Source: Antedon mediterranea
Lineage: Eukaryota; Animalia; Echinodermata
Reading direction: 5' to 3'
DNA: 64,000 nucleotides
Assembly (NCBI RefSeq): GCF_964355755.1
Contig: NC_092671.1
Coordinates: 35,722,304 to 35,786,303, forward strand
Part shown: piece by piece, positions 1-13,881 of the stretch
How the letters are laid out: every line of letters begins with the position of its first letter
Position numbering within the stretch: position 1 is the stretch's first letter
Position numbers and translations under genes: made by a program
The notes under the pieces: model-generated
The model's input: the letters and a program-made list of their open reading frames with translations, nothing else
Told to the model about the DNA's origin: nothing
Database searches by the model: none

Positions 1-55
1 GCGTGTAGCGATTTCAATGGAAACGGTGTAGCGATTTTATGGAAACCAGGCTTTA
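1..55. mobile_element. Right end of a small TIR element (PIF/Harbinger-like MITE)
   Basis: Two GTGTAGCGATTT..ATGGAAAC units ending in TGGAAACCAGGCT followed by TTA; the other end is outside the window. Confidence 0.35.
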
Positions 56-426
56 GAAACACACATAAATGCTCACAGGACTAAAAGCATTCATAAGTCA
101 TCTAAACTTCTATCGTGTCCTACCCTAACATAGCATTTATGTTCACTTTATTTTTCATCATATCCCCCCAGAAGTCCGTCAGTATTTTCTCTCTTTTTGT
201 GTCTCTGACTATAAACACATAGTGTATACCACAAACATGTTGTTCCACATCGTTCAAACAACATTGTGTCATTATTTTTACTTATTTTCTCATAAATTTG
301 ACTAAAGGTTATTTTCAAAGTTTAATTCCAAATATTACTTTAAGTCTCCAGCACTCTAAACCACAATGCTTTTCAGATATGAATTGTCAAGACAACGATG
401 TACTAAATCTCCAACTCATTTTGTAG

Positions 427-3400
427 GATTTGGAAAAGCATTGGAAGGATCTGCATTCGTTGATTAACGATGACGTCGCAGATGATCGCACACGGTCAAA
501 CACCACTTTCGAGATCAGAAAGTTGATTTCTCAGCTGTACATACAAACAGGACGGACTAAGGTAATGGGGATATGGTTTACTTCTATATTAACAGCTTTA
601 TCTAATGCACAATGTCATAAATTAAATTAATCAAGAAATGTAATTGCAACTATGTCAATGCCTCGTTAGCGATACACACTGTATTAACTCTGACGAAATT
701 CCAATAAGAATTGATGGTTGTCTCATCAACTTTTTCAAACACAGTTTGAAGTTTGTTAATTTCTATGAATTAATACATATATATTGTCTGTCTTTGTATT
801 GTGGTGTTCATTGTAAGTTTTTTTAATGTATTTTATGAATGTTTTTAATCTATTGCTCAAAAAACAGGATCATATGTAAAACAGGTGCAATATACCTGAT
901 ATTTTTATTCTGTATATAATATGTTCTAAATAAAAAATAAAAATAAAATAAAATAAAATTAAAATAAAACAAAAATAAAAGAATAGACGTTGTAGCTAGA
1001 ATGTGTAACATTTAAGAAATTTTTTATGAAATTGAAAACAATTTAAAAATACTACAAAAATGAATGAGAAATTATGATTAATGTTATTATTTTTGGCTAT
1101 TGAAATTTTGGAAGAATTAATTTTTGAAAAAGGTTGCAAATTACCTGAGTGTAAGACAATTTAATGGTGCTTATTACCATTTAGTTTTAGTTTATGAACG
1201 TAAGAGGAACAAAGGTTAAAAACATGACGTGAGATATGAAGGTGTTAGAATCATAAAAACATTATAGATGTACTTTAAAAAATAACAAGGATTTATAGTG
1301 GATTATACACTATGCATAGTGTCCATGTATAATGTGTGATTGAGAGAGTACACAAACACCAGGATTTGAAATGCATTTAAAAAGACTAACGCCTTTACAA
1401 AATGTGACAAGTTGATCGTTAAATCGCTCTAGGTGCAGGCTTTTTTAAATGATTTACTAGTTTTTGGAATTAGCCAAAGTGAATAGTTCCTTTTTAATGT
1501 ACTTAAATGTGTATCAGGAAAGCAGATAATGCTATCAAGGGGACCTTTTAAACTTGTATAATAGTGTAAATTTTGTATATATGTATATAATAAGTCCTGA
1601 TAACATTAAACTCTGGCAGATCCATGACTTTCCTTGAAAAATACCCTAATCTATCAATCAAAGAGAATTATATATTTGAGAAAAAAAAAATGTTTATGTG
1701 TTAAGTTTAGAAAAGTCTTTTAACTTATTGATTTAACTTTTTATTTTTCAAGCGGCTGAACTTGACTAGTTGTGACTATTTGTTTAGCCCTTCCTATGAT
1801 TTAATATGTTTTTATTTATGTTTACAATATTTATACTTTATTTTTGGGTAAATAAAAGCAAAAAAAGAAAGAATAATATATCAATTTAAAACTGATTTTT
1901 TCTTCTTTTTTTTTTCATTTAAAATGTTTTACATTATATATTACACTTAATATAGTTATTTATATTTATTTGTTGTATTCATGGAAGCTGATGGCACATT
2001 TGGGTTTGGTAACTGGAAAATTGAAACACATTTTGTTGCTTTAGTACTTTTATATCAGAGAGAGTGGTTTTTAGCTGTTTTGATCCACGATTGTATTGTT
2101 TTTACAATGGCGTCTGAAGTATTGGTTCATGAATGAGTGTCTAGTTGTTGTAAGCGAGTAGTACTGTATCTTCTACTAGATCCCTGTTTCTATAAATAAA
2201 ACAACAATCATGCTTCTCAACCAAACTACTGCTTCGAGATATTTGAATATTATATTCCTTTTTAATTTTCCCAGAAAGATATATCTGTTATCTGGTTTCC
2301 TAGAGCAGAGATTAAACTTGTCTGATTCAGACATTCTATCAATGTCTTTACTAATCTTAATTAATCAAATGTACTATACAAAAAAATCCCAATAGTTTTT
2401 CATATGAATTTGTATTTTCTCATTAATTTATTTGTTTGCCATTCAACACCCTAGCAAATGAATGACACTTTATCATAATAAACTGTAGATATATTTTAGA
2501 AAAGAAACATAACAATGTGATACATATGATACTAAATTTTAAACTAATATTTTGAGAGTTAAACCAAATATGTTTTACATATTTCTATATACCCAACTAT
2601 ATTGTAAGCTGTATGTGGTAATTCTACTGTGTGTATATTATTTATTCTACAATGACATTTTTTTCTGTGAGAAATTCAAGAAGATTAAGTCTGGGGCTTT
2701 TATGGATAAATTCGACTCTCTCTTGTTTTGTTAGACCAGCATAATATAGTTGGCCAAGGTGTAAATATAAAAACATGAATTCAACAGAACTCAAATACAT
2801 TAATATTAAAGATGAGTGTTTCAATGATTAATGTAACACTGAAAAGTCTGTATATATTTTTTTTATATTAAATTGTTATTTGGAAATAAAAATTTAATTC
2901 AAAATATTATTTTGAATTTTATTTTTATTCCCAGATTATGTAATGTCTTAATGTAGTAATATATTTAGATTCTATATTATTGAAGCTGGGCTTAATTAAT
3001 ATTTAAAATTCAGTTTCTTAAAAAAGAAATTACTGATTGAATTTTCCAGATTGGAGCTGTGTGTGATTACATTTCGATGATGCTTGATAATCCAGGTCTA
3101 AAGTTTCTTGTCTTTGCTCACCACAAAGATGTCCTCACAGCTATCTGTCAGACAATAATGAAACATAATCGAGAGAAAAAGGAAGATGTTCAGTATATCC
3201 GCATCGATGGAGATGTCCCCAGTTTAGACAGAATGGTAAAGTTAAATCAGATGAAAGGTTGGGTTTTGTACGACGATAATGAAAATGCAGAAATAAATGA
3301 ACCGAGTAATGCGTTGTCATAGATAAACTTCACTCATGACCTCAATTAGATAACCCCAAAAAAATGAGTTCTCAGTTATGATTCAAATAAACATTTTGAA

Positions 3401-6400
3401 TCTTAATATTAATAATAATAATATTCGTTCTTATATGGTATTGCACAATTGCTTCTAAGAGCTTCGGATTATTACCCCGGTTATTATTTAATACTCCCAT
3501 AGTGCAGCTAGTAATCAGCACAAAGTTGTGTCTTGATCTAACCGGGTACCTATTTATACGCCTGGGTGGAGAGAGGCAAACATAAGTAAAGTATCTTGCT
3601 TAAGAATGTAAGAAATGCAGCAAGAGTTGGATTCGGACTCAACATTCACAGCCACACGCCCTAATAAATAAATTAATAATGTTAATAATTTTATATATAA
3701 ATGTAATTTGATTTTTTAAATTGAAGTTCCTTTTTTTCTCAGCACCTGGTAAAGAAATTCCAACAAGAAGAACAAACACGGGTTGCTGTACTAAGCATAC
3801 AGGCAGCAGGAGTGGTAGGATGCTACACTTTATTAACTATTAAAAGTGGTTTTTCTATTTTTAATTTGTGAGTGTAGTATGATATAAACTAGTAAGAGTC
3901 CAAGCAGTAAAGTGATCTTTATTTTTAAATCTTAACTTAATCATAGTCCAATTTTTAACATTATTTAACCTTATTTAACCTTTTACTGTTTTTACATATC
4001 TTTAAAATTGTATTTTTTTAATTTTTTATTTTTTTGTATTTATTTTTATGGTGTTTTTTATTCTTGGAATAAAAATTTCTATTACTATGTATTTGACAAT
4101 AAATTTGAACTTGAACTGCCATCGTAACGGCAAGTATTCGAGGCTTACTTGCTCCATGATTCTGGCGGTAGAACCAATCTGTGTAGGTACTGTAGGTCCA
4201 GTGTTCAAACAAAATGATCATAATAATGCACTTTAAAGAACCTGTACATCTTTCGAATCGTTAAATAGGTGGTTTACCTTGTTTTGGAGTCATTCATTTA
4301 CATGTACAATTTTTTTTTACCAGGGCCTAACATTCACTGCAGCTACTGACGTAGTGTTTGCTGAACTCCACTGGACGCCTGGTGTACTTGAGCAGTGTGA
4401 GGACCGAGCTCATCGTATTGGTCAGGTCAATTCAATTCATGTTCACTATCTTATTGCTAAAGGTTCTATTGACGAGTGGATGTGGGCTGCATTGTCCAGA
4501 AAGGTATACATACAATAGTCTGTAGTTGCTAAAATTTCACAAAATGTATGGAATTTGTATAGCTTTGATTGTACATTTATTTTCTTATTTATTCCACTTC
4601 TTACTAAAATGTACATTAGTGAAGGATGGGACCAACAGATGGTATACACCTCTTAAACAGCAAGTCCCAATTGCACAGTGGCTGTATGTGGGGACTAGTA
4701 CACCGGGGGAACCCCCTTCTTTTCTCAAAAGATGTACAAGGTTCTTTAAAGGGCACATGAGCTAGATGTGTACACTGGACCTACGGTTTATAGTCCTTAT
4801 CCAAGAAGACTCGTTCTACCACCAGAATTATGGACCAAATGATCCTCGAACCCTTACAGATGTTATGGCTACGTAATTACGGTTCTACTGTCTTAACTGC
4901 TCGGCCACTTACTCGCTCACGAGTTTAAATAAATTTTGCGTTTGAATGAATTTATGGTAGCTTCCTGTTCCTTCTACAACTACAGTACATTCAATTCTCA
5001 AATGAAAGTAGTAAGGGATTGATAAAAATACTGATTAAATTTTGCATGTTGGGATCATTTAGATTTGTCAGTGTGGCAGGAGGTAGCCTAATATAATGTG
5101 AAGACACTCTATATCCGTACAAATACATAATCTTATGTAATCTCTTAAAGGTAGTTAGAAAATATAATGTAGGACAACACAAATGTATATACTCTCCTGA
5201 ATAAAATTGAAAGGAGGACTATATCATCAATTTGTTCTATATTTGCATCTGATAAATTGTCGTCGTTTCTTCTCATTTCGGTTGTCAGTTTCATGAAGAA
5301 CGCCAATTGAGATGACTGGAAAAAGATTTACAATTACCTTTAACCTCTTCCCCCTTCGGCTATTCCATGAAAACACTTTGCCAATGAAAATGATTGTTCA
5401 TTAATCATTTCCAATTGCTTGATAATCAATCACTTTTTTTTTGTATTCTATTACTGACTTTTCATTACATAGTATGCATTGATAGTGGCACAGTAACCTA
5501 GTGATTTATGCTTTCCTTATTATTCGGTGTCTTTGGTTCAATCCAGAGCAGGATAATTTCTTATTCTCATCAATTTCATTAATAATATCAATAAACATTT
5601 ATTATATTTATTTCATAATACACAGGCATTTTAAATTCATCAATAAAAAAGATAAAAGAAGATAAAAAGAAAATGCTTCTAGTTTAAAAGCAAATAAATA
5701 ATAACAATTAATATTATAAATTTTTTAATTTGTTGTAAATCAAGTTTAAAAATACCATAACTAATATAATAATAATGTCAGATTAGGAATATTAATCTTT
5801 ATGCAAAACTGGTGACTAAAAATGAAGCATGGAACATTTTCATCATTTTTAAGGTTTTTAAATGATCGAAGATTAAAACATTATTATCAATTGTCTTTGT
5901 GATCTTGTTGTCTTTTCTGTTCGTGGTGTGCGGTAATTCAAATTCAGGTTTTTACCTGTCGTAAACGTGTTCCATATACCTGTTCCATATTTCAATTGAT
6001 AACTTCTGTAGTAATGATTCAAAGGTTTCAAATGTTGCAGAATTACCTTCTCAGGGTAGTATGGGGCCAATTCCATTACAGTTTCTCGAATTGGAAATCC
6101 AATATATCTCTTTAAACATTTTCCAACACATAACATAGAATTTACTGAAAGTTGTTTTTGTACACACTGTTCCTAATGAAGTTTCATGTTACATGTGTCA
6201 CATCTTAAAATGAATACATTATATAAATGTGATCAATATTTAAATAATATTATTTGACAGCATTTTTACAGATTATCAAAATATTTAAAGTTGTATAAAT
6301 ATTTAAAACCATTTGTGTATTTTACTATGAGGTTAATTTCCAGTCACATATAGTACTGCAGACACATATCTTAGACATTAACTGAATGTATAGACTTTAT

Positions 6401-9400
6401 TGTTATAGTGGGTAATTACGTTCTAGAGCTTAATTTCATATTTTGTTTTAATAGATAGATTGCCTGAGTCGACAACTAAACTTTCAAATGGTTCAGATAT
6501 GCTTTATGTTATGTTGATTTTACTTTTGTGATGGTGCTGTATATTTTTCCATTGTACAATGGGCTAATAATGCCAAATCTAAAATGATAATAAAATCAAT
6601 ATTGAATATCGAAACATGGCAGGCTATCGGCGCTTGACCTTTGACAAGATCGCCTAAAATTAATAAATTAAACTTAATACGATACTTATTATTATATATT
6701 CAGGAATAGCCGCTCCATAATCTCCTTGCTTTTCTTCTTTATATCTATATTTTATACTTTTAAATTTTTAATTTATACTAACAAATATATTTTTATAATC
6801 ATAACAATAAATATTTTATAAAATATATATAAAATATTATTTATCGCATAATATACAGTCTAGGATAATTATTTGATATACAAAATCATTACATCCAACT
6901 ACTATCTTCATTTCCTATATGTGGAACATCATTTGGATAATAGAACAAATCACATATCTACACATAATCAAACATCGTATACTCTATCTCTAACAATATT
7001 TCAATCTTCTATCGACTAAAGCTGAAGTATAGTCGTTATCTCGGGACCGTTCTATGGTCACCACCAGGTAGGCTTACTTCATCAAGGCTTCTATGAATGG
7101 ATGTACTGGTTGGGAGCAGAAAAGCTAGTAGACCATACCCGGTACCGTTTTGATTACGATCAATCGGGAAATTACCTCTTGACTTTAACAAGGGCATATA
7201 TAAAGAAATAAAATACAAGATTGACAAAATTACCACAACTTTTAATAATTTGTTATACATAATCATGGTAGATAATAACTTAACTATTTTCCCCAAACAC
7301 CTCTGTGTGTAGAAATCCATCTTGGTCTGTAATGGCTGTATGTAATTTCTATCCCTAGAATGATAGGAATATTAAAAGATTAATTGTGTATCTATGTTTT
7401 TGCTATTCTTTTGGTCAATTATTGATTCTCGTTCTACAAATGTGCAGTACCATCATTTTAGGGTTAAACTTATATTATTTAATCTTATTTGATTAGGTAT
7501 TTGATTATTTAGTAATTTTTACACTTTTCATAATAATTTGTTGTAGAATTAAACAGATGGGAATATTCTCGCTTCTCAGTTATTCCTAAAATTCCCAATA
7601 AATCATATGGGACAATGACTCATCTTTTATACCATTGTGTTAGTCTAGGTTATTAAAAAATCAATTATTGCGCCGTCGTATCCTTAATCCTTACTTCTGT
7701 TCTGTGAATCTTTGTATAATGGATGCCGCTTTGATTCTGATTCCCACAATAAAGGTCATTGTCTGCTATGATCTATTTTATTAATTATTATCAAAAGTCA
7801 ACTTTGCTGTTTTTATTTAATTTGTCTACTAATCAATCATTGGTTTGTACTGACTTTTCATTGCATAGATAGTGGCACTCTAACCTAGTAATTTATTCAT
7901 TCCTTTTAAAGTCATGGGTTCAATCCAGAGCAGCACAATCCCTTATTTCTCAATCTCATTTATTTTGTGATTTATTTTTAGTAATTATATTTAATTTGTC
8001 CACTCTATAGAATCAGTAACTTTTTTTATTATACATTATTATTATAGGTAAATGTAGTTTCAAGTGCTCTGAATGGAAAGCTTCAACATCTTAAAGCAAG
8101 TGTTTGCGACAAAGACGAGATTGAATTTTTGAATTTTGCTACAGTGTGGGTTCCAAGCAAGGATGAGGAAGATAATGACGATGATGAGTGCTACTTTTCT
8201 AAAGTAACTATTAAATTTCAAATACTACATTGGTTGTGTTTTTGCTCTTTTGCCATTTGTCTATATATTTGGTAGTAGCTGCAAACACCATGTTCTGTGT
8301 GGTCTGTGCTTTAATTGGTTCCACACAATTTGAAGTTTCACTTTTAGAAGTAGCTAGTTAAATTAATTCCACTATGGTTATATCTAAATTAATCACTGCT
8401 AACATGTTACTTTAATTAAATCAATATCCCTGCTTTAATCCATTCTTACTAATAACATTTTCTGACAACATTAAAGATTAAGTAACATTACTTAATAAAT
8501 ACTTACAAACATCTTTGATTATACTTTCTATCTGATCACAAAGTCGAATTAGCAAGATTAACCTGATCTTTGCCAAAAAATCTGTTTTGTGTCACTAATT
8601 AACTTTCCCACACATTTACCAGAACTTCGACAAAATGTGATAAGGACAAAGAAAATGTTAATTTATGGATTTCAATTATGTGTTTGGGATTATGATGGAT
8701 TCACACTAACACATTAACTTATCTGCTAGATTATTTTATATTACTATTTACAACAGCTTTGATAAGCCAGAGATATTTCCAATTAGAATAGATTATAAAT
8801 ATATGTTGAAGTTGTTGTGACGTTCCACTTTATGCACAAAAACAAATTCATACAATACTATGATAGACTTGTTGTTGCTTAAACATTCGTAAAGTTATTT
8901 ATGTTTTTTAAAATCATTGACAAATACTATTTTTTTAGGAAGAAAAAAAAACTCAAGATATTAGATCATTTTTTACTCCAGGAGAAACAAAAAAGAAAAA
9001 TATAGGAGTCAAGTCTGTGTCGGATATAGCGACAACCAAACCTGATCCGAAATTTGCCAAACAACCATTAGTAAATGCTGAATTGATGGAAATTGGTAAA
9101 ACCTTAGAAAATTCTGATTCCGAGGATACATTCATTGCTAGTTCATCAAAATCAGTTTCTTCAAGCCAATATGAACCTGTTAATAAACGAAAGTGTACAA
9201 ACAATTTACAGGAATCTGATAGTGTTACACAGCTAGACAAATTTAATAATACTTCTAAAAAAACCTCTGTTGACAAATGCCAAACATCTGGTACAGTGTC
9301 ATCATGGAGCTGCTCTCTGTGTACATTTCGTAATCATAAAGATCTTCCTTTTTGTGAGATGTGTAACACTGCTAAACCAGTTCCAAAGAAACAAACTCCG

Positions 9401-12400
9401 AAAATGCGAATTAAAAAACTTTCAAAAAGACTCAGCTTTGGCAATATCGACTTTGGTGATGATGATCTTGAAGATTTTTATGTACCACCAAAAATAAAAA
9501 ATTCTCTTTCAACAACAAAGAGATCACGTGGGATAAAAAGAAAAGTGAAGAGTTTTGCTAATTCAATGGAAGTGGTAGATAATTCAGTTGTTACCCCGTA
9601 TGCAAATCATGTAACAACTTTTGAAGGTGAACAATTGCCTCAAAATAAAGATCTTGTATGTATTGATCGTAATAGCACCACCACTTCCACACTGAAGTGC
9701 TTTTCTGGTGAGAGTAATCATCAGACTGGTGATCATCTCAATACAGATTCACCTGATAGTGAACCAACTGAAACAGACACAAGTATCCTAGAAGATATTG
9801 CAGCTGCTGAGTCTTGGATTACATCACAGACTTCAACCAAATTATCGCAGGAATTGTGGACATGTGATTGCGGCTTCGCCTCTCAATCTGATGAATGTGA
9901 TTCTTGTTGGAATCCAAAACCATCAAAGAAAATTTCAGAAAATAATTTTGATTCCAAGACAGAGAACAATGAGAAGCAATTATTTGAGAGTTCAACATTT
10001 TTAAGTTCTGTTAAATCTTATATTTCTTCACAGTCTACAAGTAAATTATTGCAGGAATCGTGGAACCCTAAACCATTAAAAACAATTCCAGGGAATTATC
10101 CTGATTCAAAGACGAATAACCATGAGAAACAACAATCTTCAAACACCGACTATAAAATTAAAAATGTACCAAATTCTATAAACAGTGAAAGGTCATTTAT
10201 CGCTCCATCTAAGAAAGAAACTTGTGAGATTAAGTCATTGCCTGAGGTAAAAGATGAACTAGATGAGTCCAATACAGCTCATCGCCTCTTTAAGTACCGT
10301 GTCAGTCCACATACTAACAGAATTTATTTATATAATGAGGTTTGTATAGGTTTCTTATACATTGCTGTCTCAAATACTATGTGAGATTATAGTTGCTGAT
10401 GATTTGAATACCTAAAACTTACTACAATTGGTGTTTTCTGTACAAAAATATTTGATTTTCACTTTACATCAAATTGTACTCCTTCAAATAAATACAATCC
10501 ATAACAAATATATTAATATTATTCCATGCTGATTATATTTTATTTATGTTTACCTTGAGATTCACTTTAATCAAACATAAGTAAGTTCTTTGCAGTTGCC
10601 TAATATATTATTTTTTTGTTTGCCCCGAAAAGAATTCATTTACAAATTGAAATTGAAAGCATAAGTTGAATCTTCAATAAAGGTTGAATACATTTTGATA
10701 ATGAATTAAAACTGTATTTGCTAACACATTAGCAACTGAACACACATGAAAATGAAATTAAAAAAGTCCCCACCAATATGATTTAGCTATGGATAATTTT
10801 CCTTTGTGTAATCAAATAATTTCCAGAAATAAAGAAAGAAATATTTCTTCTGTAGGATGGTGAGTTTTTGCAAACTAGTTTCTTCTCAATTGATGTTCAT
10901 ATCAAGAACTTAGAATTATTGCCCGAAGTTCTTCAACATCCATCCAGTTTCAAAATAGTGCAAAGATTTGTCAGGCAATGGAACAGGTACATACAATATC
11001 GTTTCATGTCTTTGTTTTGTCAAGCAAACCAGATTATGAAATGTCCATGTGTTAATCTTAAATCTTTTTTTTATCAGGTTGACATTACCTCAAAAGAAAC
11101 AAGTCTCCAAACTTGGTCAAATATTTATCAATCCTGAACAGATATTCCTTGATATAAAAAAGAAAAGAAAACAAAATCCTAGTACAAAACGTTTTATTAC
11201 CAAAGTAAGTATGAGTCATTGATTGAATAGGTAATTTTACAACCCTTCCACATTCTTTCAACAGATTCATACCTACCCCACCTCTTTGGCCTTGTGGCAC
11301 ATAAGGCTGCAGTGACAATTTCCAGTTGGGTCTGTTGACAGTGATTTGTTTTGCTTTGTTCCGTCACTACCAGGATTCATTAGTAGTGCCATACATCTGG
11401 AGTTTACTGTTATAAAACCCCATTGATTTTGAAATAATGCTTCTTTTAGAAATGTTATTGTAAAAAAAAAAGCAATTCTCAATAATTATTTCTTGACAGG
11501 ATGACCTAGCAAATTCTGCACTCACAAAGGCTAATGAAATCGGAGGTAGCCTAAGAATCATATCGAAGCCTTTCAACTTATCTAAAAGAAAAAATATAGC
11601 AACAACAATATCAGTAGATTCTTCCATAGCTAGTACATCATTACAAGAATCATCTTCTAGCTTAAGATCGCCAACTGAAGATTGCATGAAATCGCCACCA
11701 AAAAGTTTCATATCACCAGCAAAAAGTTCCAAGTCACCAGTTACTTCAGGAAGCAGTCCTAACAGAGGATTGTACCTTCAAGCTGTTGATTCGAAAGGCT
11801 GTGCTCTTTGTATATTTTGCAATCAACTATGTCAGGTGACCAAAGAAAGTAGCCATTCAGCAGCCTGGGATAGACGATATTGCTCAGAGAAGTGCAAGGA
11901 TGAGCATAAGGTAATTTGAAAAAGATGTTTGCTGCGTTATTATTAGACCCCAAATTACATGACCACCCCAGATGGCATTATACTTGTCAAGTCATGAGGT
12001 ACATTTGTCTTTCTTTTCTTGTTTTAGATGCAAGGGAAGAGTAGTTCATACATTCGACAACAATTGTTTCAGTTGGAACATGGAATTTGCCAGATTTGTG
12101 GACTAGATACCCATCAGTTGTTCGTACAAATAAGGTTATTATAAACTTTGTTGAGTATTGTGTGAAATATTTTGTAAAGAAAAACCATAATTTCTTAATT
12201 TCTCCATTCAAGAAAATCTTTTTTTCATTGTGCTCCCTCACTGACTCCACTCACTGACTCCACTAGTTAAATTAAAATAAAATATTACACATTATCATTG
12301 GTAGAAATAATAATTTTTTCCAGAAATTTACCAAAAAGTAAACGTAAGGAATTTTTAGAAGTTAGTAAGTATTCCAGTTTATCAGTTGCTGAATTAAATA

Positions 12401-12860
12401 AGATAATCAAGTCTCCTTCTGAAGGACAGGTAAGTGATTTTAATAATATATTTTATTTTGTACTATACATTTATAGATAAATAAATGTTCATTTATATGC
12501 TCTACCTTATATATCGAGCACTTCTGTTTGGATTTGGATCAAGTTTCTTCTGCATTCAAAGTTCATTTTAAAATCAGACTTTTAGCAGGAATGACATTTT
12601 GTTCAAACCAAGAGATGTCTAGTTTTGGTACAGCTGACATTTAATACAACACTACACATGCGTTTCTTTACTTTTAGTTTTGGCATGCTGATCACATTAT
12701 TGCGGTTGCCGATGGTGGCGGTCTTTGCTCATTGGACAACTTTAGAACTTTGTGTGTCATGTGTCACCTGTCTGTGACAGCCAATCAGATCCGAGATCGT
12801 TCAACAGCTAGAAAAACTTCAGGAATGAGAGATATATCAAGCTTTTTTAAACCAATATAA
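427..12860 (+). CDS. ZRANB3: DNA annealing helicase/endonuclease ZRANB3, 3' part (multi-exon; 5' exons lie upstream of the window)
   Basis: Exons at about 427-561, 3050-3236 (KFLVFAHH..YIRIDG), 3744-3813 (VAVLSIQAAG), 4324-4503 (GLTFTAATDVVFAELHWTPGVLEQCEDRAHRIGQ, SNF2 motifs V/VI), 8049-8203, 8939-10339 (PIP-like QDIRSFF; NZF WSCSLCTFRN..CEMC), 10856-10986, 11079-11205, 11500-11910, 12029-12134, 12323-12429 and 12679-12860 (HNH: WHADHIIAVADGGGLCSLDNFRTLCVMCH; C-terminus RDISSFFKPI*). The domain order matches ZRANB3. Confidence 0.95.
3410..3662 (-). mobile_element. tRNA-derived SINE (CORE-like body)
   Basis: Reverse complement matches the copy at 41783 (TTTGCCTCTCTCCACCCAGGCGTATAAATAGGTACCCGGT); (TAA)n tail near 3410. 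Confidence 0.7.
4130..4290 (+). mobile_element. Degenerate Deu/Nin-domain SINE fragment
   Basis: GTAGGTCCAGTGT..GCACTTTAAAGAACC..TACATCTTTCGA matches the copy at 38692. Confidence 0.55.
4600..4925 (-). mobile_element. tRNA-headed Deu/Nin-domain SINE
   Basis: Reverse complement has A-box TGGCCGAGCAG, B-box GGTTCGAGG and core GGATAAGGACTATAAACCGTAGGTCCAGTGTACAC shared with 38692 and 47260. Confidence 0.8.
5424..5580 (+). repeat. Copy 1 of a ~130-150 bp direct repeat (candidate H/ACA snoRNA or Pol III element)
   Basis: Shares ACTGACTTTTCATT, GATAGTGGCAC, TAACCTAGT and GGTTCAATCCAGAGCAG with 7830-7960. Confidence 0.75.
7830..7960 (+). repeat. Copy 2 of the same direct repeat, with ACA at 7935-7937
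   Basis: Same blocks as 5424-5580; lies about 110 nt upstream of the ZRANB3 acceptor at 8048. Confidence 0.75.
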
Positions 12861-13699
12861 ATAATGTAGTAGTAATGCTATGATAAATAATCAACCTGCA
12901 TATCAATATTTACAGTATATTAATATTAAATAATTAATCGATATTTTATAATAAAAACAGTACACATCAAGGCTATTTATTAACAGCCTTGTTCACACAA
13001 GAGTAAACTCTTCCCTGTTCACACTGTGTTTTTAGGTGGCCATGGCCATAAAACATCATTCGTGAGGTTCAAACGCGAGTGTAACGACACCCAAAACAGC
13101 ATTCACTACCGTTATTATCAGCTGGTTGTTTTATAGTGATTGTTTAAATTAGGAGATCTTGTAGGCCTACTGTGACAATATAAGAAAATATTGTAAAGCA
13201 TGATTTTAAACAAGTTTGTAGTTTGAATGTAAAAACTGTAAAGCTTGTAAAATTGCTGTCACCAGCAATTTTAAATATTTCTTTCATTTTCTAACATTTT
13301 TATACGAACATACTGTACATAAGTACTGAATTATATATAAATTTCAATGCGATGTTTTACATTTCATTTATTAGAAGATATGTATGTTGTTTTGTCATGT
13401 TCCAGTTGTGTTTTTAATAAAAGTAAAGGCCTATGCCTACTGACGTTATTGTGAGTAATCCTGAGCATATTGTGTATGCAATAAATATAATTTTTAGCTC
13501 AGTTCTTTTTAAATGAAAACCTGCACGGGTGATCCTCTCTAAAGATGGTCAATCAAATAAAAATCAACTTCTCTACGTGATGTAGTCGTAAAAGGAAAAA
13601 ATACAGATACATAGGTACTGTATTTATAAATTGTAATTTTGTAAAGATTTGAAATAGGCTACAAACGCCGATTTCCAAGTATGGAAAAATTCGATGCTT

Positions 13700-13823
13700 G
13701 AAAACATACACTCACAACTTTAACCTTTGTGCTGACGGATTTTTTGTGTACTGTGAACATGATCAGAAAACGTATTATGAATCTGCAGGCCTGTATCGTT
13801 CCGTAAATCAGTTTTTAGACGAG
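13700..13823 (+). promoter_or_regulatory. Putative promoter and non-coding first exon of P450 copy 1
   Basis: Homologous to the regions upstream of P450 copies 2 and 3: AACTTTAACCTTT, CGGATTT and GTAAATCAGTT, then a donor GAG|GT at 13823/13824. Confidence 0.5.
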
Positions 13824-13881
13824 GTATACAAATAGGCCTAATTAATGTTCCTGCATACTATGGGCATGGTATAGTAGGCAG

